NCBI GenBank assembly: GCA_030141605.1
Contig: JAQGDQ010000006.1
Span: forward strand, 806,001 to 870,000
Source of the DNA: Tubiluchus corallicola
Taxonomy: Eukaryota > Animalia > Priapulida
Direction: 5' to 3'
Length of the DNA: 64,000 nucleotides
The notes beneath the pieces were generated by a model that was not told the origin of the DNA, made no database searches, and worked only from the letters and a program-made list of their open reading frames with translations. Shown here in pieces: positions 12,801 through 26,100 of the stretch. The translations under genes were made by a program, and so were the position numbers. Every line of letters starts with the position of its first letter. Within the stretch, counting starts at the first letter, position 1.

Positions 12801-15800
12801 TAATTTGCTTTGTCTGACAATCACGTGAAACTTCCACTAATTAGCCAGGAATTTATCGATCGATGCTCGAGCTTTTCCGGGTGTTTTCAGAAAAAACTTA
12901 CATTATCTTGTAGCCAGCCTTTTCTCTTTCCAAAGAGTTATAAAACTCTCTTAAACATTCCCATAACATGCTCGCCCTAGAGTTTCATGGCCCTAGCCCT
13001 GTGCATGTGCGAGTTATTAAAGAAACATAATGTCACAAATAACAATAAATAAATAAATAAAAATAAAAACCGAGAGTGGATCAAGAAGATTCTGATCTAA
13101 GCAAAATCTTACTAACTTAAATATGTAACAAGAGTTAATTGTTGGGAGCTCAACAAAATGTAAATTGTTATGTTAATTAATAAAATAGCCAATTAAACAT
13201 CTTCGCGGTGAGTAAAAATTAATATACGCCCTTCATTTTTCTTTTTCAACAGTAAATTAAAGAGTAAAGAGCTGAAAAAATAATACATTCTCTCCAATCC
13301 CTGCAACACTGTGTATGTTTATGGTGTCCAGAGTGTTCGGAGAATGACAAAGCAGATGACAACGAGCCATTTTGCAAAAAGGGAACATTTTAGCTCTTAT
13401 GTATGCTAAAACTGATGACTTATATGAGCTAGACTTTAAAGCACTCCAATGCTCATTAAATTTGAATAATTTGCCCATGTAAAGAATAAATTGTGATAAA
13501 AGTAAGGCCGCACACATTAAATTACTGATACTAGTCCTATTTGGCACATTTACATGTACGCAAGCAGGAAATCAACATATAGAAACTGGTTAGAATTAGG
13601 CCTGAAACAATACATTGGTGCATCGTGGTGCCTTTTGTGACGATACGTGTACTGTCAAAGTGCACCAGTATCGTGATGATCTGAATCACTGATATTTACC
13701 ATGTGCTTGGCTGTCTGTTGATAAAATCAGTGTGACATAAATCAAGCTACAACTATACTATAGATATGTAACAATCAGTGCACCAATCGCAGCATTACCA
13801 GATTTAACACAAGCTGACGTGCTGCTAATAGTCAGCCAAAGCGAATCGGTTAAAAGTGCATGTGTTCATAATAATCTATTGTAGGCTAATTACGTTTTTG
13901 CTTATAAGTTTCTGATATGGCTTGTGCAAATGTGGAATAGAAAATGGAACAGCATATTTTAAATCAAAAGTATTGTTTGTATTTCTGGTGGCTTACAATG
14001 CAAATAATTCAAAAGTATACACAGTATACACAATAATTCAAAAGTATACAAATCAAATCGTTTGCTGAATTATTTTAGCATTTTCAAAATTCTTTGATAA
14101 ATCTAACACACGCATGTACGCACAGACATAATATGTCCACAGCTTAATCTAGTTTTTCTATTAAAGCCTGCAAACGCTAACTCGATGTGTATCATGATAC
14201 GCATCGTATCGTGACATTAGTATCGTAATATGTATCGTATCATGATCTCAGTGTATAGTTACAGGCCTAATTAGAATCAAATGTGATATAATTTCATAAT
14301 AAAGTGCCCAGTTTTTTTCTTACTCACAGTGGCACAATACATTCTTCATGACAGGCATATTAGGTCTCCAAAGTTTCTTGGTCCATTTTATAGACCAATA
14401 GTGTTTTCACTGTCACAAATAAATACAGTCTAGCCTCGTTATCTCGCCCCTCGTTATGCCGCCAAACTCGTCTCTCGCCATAGAAAGTACCAGGACGGAT
14501 TTCCTGCTTTGATATTTACCTCGTTAAGTCGCCACTCTCGCTTCTCGCCCTCGCCACGTCATGCTAGGATGAGTGCTTATGTAAACTATATTCGTTATGT
14601 CACCAAACAGACAAACTCAGAGGTGAATCGATCCATACATATACCGAGTGTCGATCAATATAACCGCGGTATGTAGACAATGCTGCTATACTCGATAGAC
14701 AGACATAATTAATCTAGTGTGTGTCTCACCAGGATTAGATTAGGAGTGCTGTGGTTGGTTAATGCGCAGAGAAACTAAAGCGTCACCGATATCCTTATTC
14801 TATAACACCAAAGCTGCGTTTAAGTTTGAGTTTCCACAAAGTGTGAGCAACTTTACATGATGTCTCTGAAGCGAAAACTGTTTTGTCTTAATCCTGAACA
14901 AAAAAAGGAAATTTGTATTTATCATACGAATAATTCTTCAAAGACACAGCAGGAAATTGCTACTGTATTTAGTGCGAAATTAGTGTGAACATTTCTAAAT
15001 CTTTTGCTAAGTTTATTGCATTTAAGTGTATACTCGAAAAAGGTTTTTTAAATAAAAAGTAACATTCTAAGATTATTTTTATGACATTTTTTCATTTCTG
15101 ATTTAATGTTGATTGGTATCATAATGCGAAATATATTTTATATGTACATAGAAGAACACTATGTTAATCAACTATTATGTATATACATATAGACTAACTT
15201 CGTTATATTCCCGTTAACTCGCCATACTCGCCTCTCACCAAAAATTTGCCCTAGACGGACAGTGGCGAGATAACGAGGCTAGACTGCATACAGAATATCA
15301 TTGGTGTTATTAAGTTCATACCAACAAAGCACAATGGTGCTTTCTTTTGCAGAACTTTTCCTACTGTCCTTCTGGTGCATGGAGAGAAGAACTCATTATT
15401 TTCATTATATCCATCAACAGCATACTGGTGCATGACAAAATTACCAACTCCACCTCCAGGGTTGCATTCTTCTGTTTCAGGATCGTGATGGCTGCCCCAA
15501 TTGTGTCCAAGCTCTAAAAAGACGATAGAAGTAATTCTAGAAGCCATGGTCCAATGTGCAATATAAATTGCCAAATATGCATGTTGTACAGCAGAATGAA
15601 GATATCCTAATAATGAAAAAATAAGACATACACTGTAATAAGAAAATGCACTGAATTTACATGTATTTACTGATAAATATGTTTAAGCACTAGTAGTTAA
15701 TTCAGAGAAACAATTAATCTCTCTAATTGGATGACTGATGGCATGAAGTTCTATGAACGAACAATAAAAAGTTATTGTAAACAATTCATTTTAAGTAGCT

Positions 15801-18800
15801 GCAGACTTAGCTTTACATACAGAACGTAGACAAGAGATGAACATAGCATTGTAGAAGCATTTATAAGAGCCCGTATTTAATGAAAGAAACAAGAGCTCGC
15901 CCATATACAAAGTTGGCATTGACAGTTGCTTCTAATTTAATGAATACTCTCCTAAGCATAAAGAGGAGAGTATATACTCCCCAAATATTTTCAGCAGATG
16001 TATGAGCTGCTAATGTCTGACTCCAAAATATTATTCGAGAAATTTTATCAAACTGTTTTGGGATTAAAAATTTAAAAAGAGATAAAATGTATCTATCAAA
16101 CTGATACATGTTATAAGACATGAACAAATCGTTAATAGACTTACCATGAGCAGTAACAATAACAGCCTGCTTGATGAGAACATTATTGCCACTCAAACCT
16201 TTAGAACTACTCAGACCAATGTTCCTTGAAATTTTTTGACCAGATGTTCTTGTATCTTCAAGAACAAAAACAAAAATGTGTACCAATGTGAGTAATTAAG
16301 CAGAAATTCTCTATTTATTACGGTAAAAAGAAAAAATTTAGTAAAAAATAAAAATGACAAAATGAAAAACTTGATCACACTAGTCCCCGGCACCAAACTT
16401 TTCGTCCCGATTTTGGACGCATTAAACAAAACAAGACTAAAATAAAATTTTCTGCAAAATACTGTATTCCTGGCTACAAAAAGAAAGCGTAACGGACAAA
16501 ACAAAATGTAATGTAAAGTAATGTTAAGAACAAATGTTAATTTTCCTTATTATAGTCTAATATAATGTGTCACACTATGCAAAATGTCTGGGATTGCACA
16601 AATTGACGTCACCAAGCAAATTTTTAGGCAGGAGCCTAAGGGGCTTAGTTTTCTCACATTAATCTACAAAACAGAACTTCATAACATGACAATAAACCAG
16701 ACTTTGCTTTTATTCTTTTAAAAACTCACTGGTAAATATAACATATGAATAGAAAGATATGTACTTCTTTCAAAGGGAAAACATAGTAGAATGCTTACAT
16801 ACTGGAGCACAGACACCACCAGTAATACCAATATGTGCATTACCAACATGAGCCACACCAAGAACACCTCCATCAAATTGTTGATGAGTAAATAGATGGG
16901 CAAGACAAAATGGGCTGTAGTCATGTTTGCCAAATGCCTGTAAACAAAGATGTCTGCAAGTTATAAACTTTGCACAGCCAGCTAAAATAATTATTTAAAA
17001 ATGAAAGAAAATTCAAATTTAAGCTTGCTGTATGGATTCCTTCACAAGCCTCTTTCGACAGATTAGACTGTTCAACTACGTAAAACCATGTTTGTGAAAA
17101 GCAGCAACTTCATTGACTGTTACAAAAAGCCTTAAATAAAAGCCAGATGCTTGGCCTTGAGGCTCTGACTGTTATAGTAGTAATACATACTTGTTAAAAG
17201 TGGCAGCAGAATACCAGCGTGAAGTCTGTTCACGGGCTAAATCTTTGGTACTGTTGGTCGAGTTGTGGACAGACTGGATTTTTAATATTTTTATACTCGC
17301 TTGTATTTAGTTTTTCGTCTGCCTCATCTAAAATTGTTGTGTTTGCGAGATACAGAAATGTTCTAATTTCGATTTTGTCTGTAATGACCATTTTCACCTT
17401 TCACAGCGAAACTAGCCTCCGGTACTCTGTGGCATAGCTAATAGGGGAGCAACCGCTCCTACCAGGCGCATTTTTCAAAATTGGCACCTTTTCATAGACA
17501 AACATATAATTACTTCAAATGTCACGGCCCCATTTTCACGTGCTTGCCCCTTAACTTTAGAACCTGGCTACGCCACTGCAAGTACCCTCACTAGATTCTG
17601 TAGTTTTTGCAGATTGAGCTAGCAAGCCTTTGGGACAGATCTTTAACATTTCAAGCCTCATTAGAGATTCTCTTCCCAACAGTGAAGCAGAATTCACAAG
17701 TCCTTTTACATCTACAACTGTGTCTTAAGTTGATCACTTTTGATCTCAAACTTAGAAGTCACATTTCTGATTTTAGTTGAAGATATTTCTAGTTCAGCTG
17801 GTGTCATTGTACATTTCTATAATGCTTTGATTGATATTTATCCATAAAATTGATATATGAACCACATTGTGAAAGATTCCGTGCCTTAGCTCTTTTTACT
17901 AAATTCTCAACATCTAAACTCGTAATTAATTGTTCTAAAACTTTTTTTTTCAATCTGCTGCTGAGTACCAAAATCACAGTCACAAGCCTTAATTTGGTCT
18001 TAAACATGCTGCATATGCTGTCATAGAATCTCCATCTGGTGTCATTTTTAAGAACTGATACCATGCATGTTGTCTATTCTTTTTAGGCAAGAAGTAGGCT
18101 TTTAGTTTCATTTTCGGTGTTTCACACACATCTGGTTGCTCTTGCCCTTCTGGAACAGGTAAATCTGGCAAGCTATCTTCCAATCTGGTAATTTCAGGGG
18201 TGTTTGTTATTGTCGGAAACGTATATATATATATATATACACATTTAGGAAATTACATAGTTAATGAACTGGTGATTCTCATGGGTTTGAGTTTATATTT
18301 GACTAGATTTATTCTACTGCAATTTGCTGAGGCTAATTATGAACTTTTCCGCAAATAGTAAGAACATAGTCTTCTGTAGTTTAACTGTGTAATGTATAAG
18401 TTCAAAGCCAAGAGAATCACCAGTTCATTAACTATATAATTTCCTAAATGCACATGATGTTACAAGGGTGTAGGCAGAGAACAGATCCCTGCGAAAAACC
18501 TGTCTCATGCATAAAATGCTAGGAAGAGGTTCTTCCCCATAGAGGTTATCCTTATATAGGTCTTCTAAAGTACTTATATAGTATGTAACTGTGCACAGAC
18601 TAAATAGATACTAACAATTATTATAGTAAAAGCAATGAGATGTATAACCATTATTTTGTATTATTACTGTAATTCAATAAGCATGTCTAACCTTGTAACA
18701 TTATGGCAAATAAGTATTTGTATCATGATGTTATAATTAATTGTTCTTTGCCTTTATTTATCTCTAGATAGGAACTACAGTGAAGATCAACAATTTCTAA

Positions 18801-20110
18801 TAATATGCTTTCCAAGAACTTCCTTTAGATACAAAAAACCTTCAGTCAATCACATTAAAATCCAACATTTCAGGAGCAAACAAACAAAGAATTTTTTTTA
18901 AATCTCGACATGGTGCCAAAAGCAAGTACATGTCAGAAGTAATTTTTTAAGTTGTCAATGCAGCTTCTGCAGTTATTACCCTAAAGTAAGAAAATTCTCT
19001 TTCAATGGCTTTAATCTAATCTTCCCACTTTTTCCCAATAGGATCTTCTGGTAGAAATGGACCAATTCTGTCTTTATGCGGTTGTTTCTGTGCCGAACAC
19101 AGTCAAAACATCTACTAATTTTAATGTTCTTTATCACTTAAAATGCAATAAGCTTGCTGCAGTGTCTACACATCATCTGACTTATCTTCTTATTTGCTGC
19201 AGTGAAATACTCTGCCTGCTGATGTTGCTTTTTGTTTTTACCGTTCACTGACAAATACAGTTAATGAAAAATCTAAGTTGTATTTCTCTTCCTATTTTTC
19301 CACAGACACCACTAAAATGACTTAACACCAGATATAATCCACATAAATACAAATAACATCTTAATTTTGGAAGATGCCAACCGGAACAGGAAGATATTTT
19401 TGCTATGAAAGCTGAAAAGAACCATAACATGGTCGACTAGCGACTGTAGAACAATTATTTCAAAATCAAATGCCTGTTCCTTGCTTAAGGTGCCAAAAAG
19501 CCACAATACTTACGACGAAATTCAGGATGCCAGTATACTTCATTCTTGCTTGAATGAGTTATAGAACCCTCTACAGCTTACTGTAAACACGTTACTATAA
19601 TCCATTAGTGCTACTTTTAAATGTAGCAAGCTCAGCTCCAGCCAAAAAATTTATTGGTACTACTGGTTCTTTGGACTCAAATGTTGAATGGAGAGCTCAT
19701 GGCTGCCTACTAAACTACTCTAAACACAAGGATTGAGGCCGCAACCTTTACATTCTGACACTTTCAATAACAAATGCATCCCACATTCATGTCTGAGCAA
19801 ATATTAAAAATATACCCTCAGTAACTTTGAAACATCCCATGCTTTACTAGTTTCCATGTTATAGTGCACTTTTCCCGGTTGCAAATTTTGTTGCGGTTCA
19901 GTGTGAATCCGTATTTCTTTAACGATAAATGCCATATCAGTTAAACCTCCTTCCCACACAGTACGCTTATAGATAAAGTTGATATGCTGCAATCTGTCTA
20001 TCTGCAAAATTTAAATTTAACAACTTTTCTTAATTAAGGCAGCCAACAAAAAGAAACAAATGAGATCTTATTAAGTTACAGGCAAGAATGTTTATGCAGA
20101 CATCAAGACA

Positions 20111-20192
<82 letters not shown>

Positions 20193-23100
20193 GATTTTGA
20201 TTTAAGTCTTTATTGTAAATTCTAAATTCTAAATAAATGTCCGAGAGCTTCCTAGACTTTGCTGCTATCTCTTGCCTTCACAGGAACAGCTATAATGTTT
20301 CAGATTTTTGTGTACTTAAAAAATTGAAAACTCAGAAAAAATGTGTAAGGAGATCATGCTTAAACTAGATGAGTTCTACTCCTGGGCACCAATCAGCAGG
20401 AATGGCCGTAAACAGTGGAGCTCACGTGCTATGATAAATGATAAAAAGTGGAGCCCACGTGCTGTGATAAATGATGACCAAATATTGAAATTCAGCAAAT
20501 CTTGAGGTGAAATTTCGAACAAATTTCTTGACAGAATTAAACACATATAATTGCAGCAGCATGGTTCATAGCTTTTAAAGTAAATTCTTAATATCATTAA
20601 TGCTTAATAATGATATTTTGCCTGTATGTTAGGTCATTCTCCTATTCGACTATCCAGGAAGAACAATAGACTTTGTGTAGTGAAAATGATTAAGGGCTAA
20701 AACGCAACAAATAGTGAACTGCCCCAAGCTTTGCACAATATTCATACTCTGAACTGCGGAACTACTGGGGAGTCACCTCATTTCCGCTTCCTGTGTTTGG
20801 TCAAAAGTCTCCGCTTTCTGTACCTTATAATTCTGAAACCTGTGTATCACCTTATCCATGATCTTTTACATGGTTATCTACAAATTATGATGCTTTCTCT
20901 AAAAACCATGTTTGTCAAACTAAGACTGATCCAAAGGTCACACTAGTTAAGATTGTGAAGGTCCTTAATCCAAATTTAGCACTGTTTCCACTAAACACCT
21001 TGCTTGGACTTCGAGTTTCTCCGAAGATAGCTTTAATCATGGATCGGATTCTGCTGATGCACATGTCTCATCGCAAACTGATGTTGATGTTGCCAATTCT
21101 CCTAAAATTGTTAGGCAAACTATTCCCGTGTAAGAGCACTATGGTTTCAATTGTGCCAACACTCCCCTCTGTCACTTTCGTTACATCCTACTTGTGAACA
21201 TAATTAAATGCCTAACTGGAATTATATGGTATAGACAATTCCACAAGAGACATAAACACCGCTTTCGTACCAAAAAGGGCCATACTATTTTTTCTCAATC
21301 GGAGCAAGCGTGACTCATCCCACCATATTACGGCCATATTATTGTGGCGTATTGCACTAATCTACTGCTAGTTGTTTGAGTGGGCGTAGTCTATCTTGGG
21401 ATATGTACTATATTAGCACTGCCTTTTCACTTAATTTTGGAAAATGTAAAGAAGTGCCAAATTTTGACCTACAACATTTTTTCACATTTATGCATTAATC
21501 CCATACGTGATAAAGTACTTGAATTTGACATTTAAACTACTTTTCAATTTAGATGGATGATTTTTATTAGATTAACGCAAAAACCTTAGGAAATCAATAC
21601 TTACAAGGTAATTGGTGGCAAACTGCACAGTTTTGTATCCCGTTTCTTCGAAGAACTTATAATCACCTACTAGTAATAAAGAGCAACGATTCTTTACTTC
21701 TTTAGCTTGTCTTTTGATCCTCTGATTCTTATACTCGACTTTGACTTTACCACTGTTTTGATGCATATCACTTTGGTGCTTTGCATTGGCAGTGTCAAAA
21801 TTCGACAAATATGATGAATTATGGTTCCCACAGAAACTATAAAATTAGACATTTAAATCACGAGTTTTGCAAACATTCTAAACTAAACACATGGTTCAAA
21901 TTAATTTTGAAGATATACGCATCTGTATGTGCATGCTCTACGATCTGCAAAATGTCTCTAGCTCGAGTAGTCAAAAATTTGCAAGGCTGAAGTCAAAATT
22001 TTGCATGTAAACTGGTTGTGACTTATAGAGACTACCAACAATGATTCTGAATAATAATAAATAATTTGCTAAACTTCCTAGAAAAAACAACTTTCAAATC
22101 AACTAAATTCCAAAGTTTTAAAAGTTCTATTTCTGTCTTGGACTGGAGTTATTAAAAAAAATTAATGCCAAAAGTAAATTTCTGATAATACCATGACTAT
22201 GATATGATAATTAGGCCACAAACATTAGTTCATTTAACATTTGTAATTTTTTGACGAATTTCACTTAAAAAAAAAAAGAACAACTGTATTTCAAATTTGG
22301 CACACAGAAGGTATAAAGAAAGGAAACCTTCACATCGCTCAGGGTTACTACTTAAATATTAATGAATTTGTGTAAAAATATAATACCAATTCGTTCTACA
22401 CAGAGTTTACAACATCTGGCAGAAATTATGCCATTATTTGAATTCAACGAAGTCTTCTAAAACAGATTTCCTATTTAGTGAAGCTTACAGAATTAACTAA
22501 AAGGTAGTGTTAAGTCATCAGCTGTGTGCATACGAAAATAAAATAATTTCCTGTTTACTGAAGCTATAGAATTAACCAAAAGACAGCAATTATGTAATCA
22601 AAAATGCAACATATGAGCTCTAGTACACCTGTTAATAAAGAAAGTTTTACCTATGAAACGTGCTGTTGTCATTTTGGTAAACGTTTTTAACATCAGTGCC
22701 TTTATATAACAGCAAAGTACTATTTGGTGCCGATGAATTATGTCTCCACATAGGCTAAAACAAACCAAAAAATAATTATGATGGGACAAGGGATTGGACA
22801 AGATACTAGTCATTGACTGTCAGTATAGAAACTACAAACTGCCAACTATTTGACTGCCAAAAATGAGTGTGAAATGTAGAAAGCCCGGTAATTATCCCGC
22901 CCCTGATAGGGGTTCTGGGAGTAAATTATGCCCCTAAATATATAATATAGATTTTTTGGAGTATCAAAATCAAATTATCAAAAAAACTGAGGAAAAAATA
23001 AAAGCAATTTTGGTACTTCTTGAGTACTGCTGAGCTTTCTTATGCTGTTAGTGCAGTTCACTATGTTTTATGTACAAATATGTTCTTCTGTACACATGGA

Positions 23101-26100
23101 AAAAACTCAATGGCACAGGTGTAATAGCCTTTAGTATAATGTACATCATGAGACTCATAAACACTAATTTATCATTGAGAGTAGTACTACTAATTACGTT
23201 GTGGTTGGTAGTGAAGGCAAAGGAAGTCAGGCGATTTCCAAACTTGCATGCGAAGTGGCAGAATGCATGAGAACTAAAATTTGAAGCATGTGCGCATGTG
23301 AAAGACTTAAAATGAGTACTGCCACATATCTAATAGGCGAGAGTTGGGAAGTCTTCAACGGTGAAAAGTAAGTTGCTAACTAAATGGTATAATAATACAT
23401 CCAATAAAATAATAAGCCAGTCACTTCACAGAAAGATTTTGTTTTTGCTATACCCCAACATGGTGCTGCCATTAATAAACTCAAAATGAAAGAAAGATCA
23501 AGATGATACATACATGCATGCATAAACTGTAAAAAACACAATTCCAACATAAAAAATTATACATGTGCCGGTCATCAGTAGCATTATTTAATAACATAAA
23601 ACAACCTTAACTACAGACATCTGAACCTCGTCATGATTTACAGACTTGTAACAGAAATTAATATGTAGTCAATGAAATTAGATGACTACAACCTACATGA
23701 AATGCCTGTAGCTCATCAGTATTTTACCTCAATAAAATATGATTGCTTGCGAGTTAGTATAGTGGCAGTGAAGCTTGTGTCATCTATGTGGGCTTGAACT
23801 GCAGAATGTTTCTCATCTGGTTAAACGTAAGAAAGAAACGCATTTCAGTGTGACGATTACAATTTTAGAAAAGACACTCTACAACATTAGATTTTTCAGT
23901 GCATAATTTTGCATGACTGGATTAAGTTTTAATTCATTAAGCAGACATAACTGATTACTTACTTCACTTAAATTCTATACAAAAACAAACTGGATCTGTA
24001 ATGTTATCATAATATTATGTGGAATCGAGGTGCAACATCAAACACAATTGACAATCACATGAACGTTTTTTCTTATTTATTTCATTGCCGTTTCCTGGAA
24101 TATGAAGCTAAGACAAATGCCAGTTTTTTTAGCACTAGCTGACATGCATGCTATTCATGAAAAAATATTTGTTGAATGACCAACAAAATCAAATAGAATT
24201 ACCTAATGCATAAAAATGTAAAATCAAGAGGCTCAAAGCACAAGAAAACCCTCCACTTACATAAAGCTTAAAAAATTCGTCTGGAAATTTTATACCACTT
24301 ACATACTACCTTTTTGTATGCATGGCTTGCATCAGCATAACGCTGCATAAAACGTGTAAATTTAAACTCCTGCGATGACCGTTAGGCGCAGCCATTTTAA
24401 TGGTAAGTCATTTGAAATAAGTTTTGATAACATTAAATAAAGTTTGAAAAAATAATCAGACCATTCGTAGCATACATGTTGCTAATTAAGTAAAATTTTG
24501 AATTACTGAATCTTGTCAATAAGATTAAAAATACATTTCTGGCTAATGAGTGGCGCATGAGTCAGCAACATTTTACCAATAGGCACAAACATCTTAAATT
24601 ATTAGTCTAGTTACATAAGCCTTTCCTTCAGGTAAATGAAATGCTAAGTAATATATATTTACATGGAAAGTTTTTTGGGTCATAATTTAACATTGCCATT
24701 TCTTCCTCTGAAATTCCTTTCAACGTGAATATGATATGTGCATTAAGTTGCTGTAAAGTAGTATAATTTTTTAAGGCGATTTTTCTGAAAGCTACTTCAG
24801 GTGCCCCTTTTCTTGTCCTTTAAGCAAAATGTACTATGAACCGGCGCATGTCTTACTCCATAAAATGCAGTGATTAGACTGTGATCAGTCCTGGTTCGAG
24901 TGAAAAAACTCTTATTATAAAATGTTAATATTTTTACTAACCTATAACATGGCCAGAGTAGAACTTTTCCCAGTCAACATATACCGGTTTTCTTTTCCCA
25001 CGTCCGTCAATTGCATATGCTCTAAACTCTTGAGCGAACAGTCCTGTCGTTGGCTGCAAACGTAATCTGAAGGTTCTATCTCATAACCGATGAAAACAAA
25101 ATGTGTTAATCCTCGACTCGGACATTTAGATTTTTAGATGCTTCACAAATGATAATAAAAAGTTCGGCAATATAGTAAATTTCTCAAAATTTTGAAAATT
25201 TTGAAATGAAATTTCACTATTAAGCAAGTTTCAGTAAACAAGAATTACATAGGGTTTGTAAGTGGTTCTTCCATTGCCAGACAATTTAAAGCTCTGTGCA
25301 ATTGAAAAATACAATTTATTTAATAGCACAATGGCAGCCTGGCACATTACCAACAATAGCTAAGTATAACTCCATGGGTCGATGGTTCTTTCTACATTTT
25401 TACAAAGTTACTAGAACATTTAAAAAGACATAGTTTTAAGTCATTCAATTAAGCTATAGGCATTCACAAGAAGCTACCCATTTAGAGATGGAAGTATAGT
25501 ACACTTAACTTGGCCAACTTCTCTAAAGCTTTTGGCATTTTTACAAAATGAATGAAATGCTTAAATGGCAATAAGTTTAAGTTGTTTAATTTCAAGATCA
25601 TGCGTGGGTCACTGCAGACAAAATGTAATGCTTGTTAAGAGTTACATGACTGATGTGTTGAATGGATTTGAAAATAGTCAGACTCAAGCACGGATGTGCA
25701 CTTTTAGTGCATGACTAAATGATCATTTGTGAAAAAAATTTACAAAAACCAGTATATATATATACCTCCCAAGACCACTAAATTTTAGTTCTTTTATGTG
25801 ATCACCCTTTCCTTTTGTTCCTCTCTTCTTAATGTTGTGTATTATAGATGACATGTCAAATGTTTCATAGTATTTAAGACTGTCAGAGATTCCTAAATAA
25901 AAGTAGTCATTTAGATAATGTAGTTAACAGCACTTATTTATTTCCACCAGAGCTCTTAAAAAATAACAAATAGGTTTATTATTCTAAAATATATTCAGCA
26001 GGTTCGAATAAGAATTTATAGAATTAGACTTAATAGACTCATTAGACTGTTTTTAATTATTGCAAGGAGTCTGAAAGTCATGGCTTTAGTCAGTAACAGT

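Noticed and set aside
15251-15574. The ORF track shows LELGH (and SELGH at 39590-39802), suggesting loss of the first zinc His
   Set aside because: A phase-1 intron splits the catalytic Glu codon in both paralogs. Splicing to the upstream ..VTAH exon restores HELGH.
20002-20189. Distant branch point using the (UC)n tract
   Set aside because: Several AG dinucleotides lie between the tract and the acceptor, so there is no AG-exclusion zone.
20730-21200. Possible APE-endonuclease/LINE fragment
   Set aside because: Only vague motif hints and no convincing reading frame.
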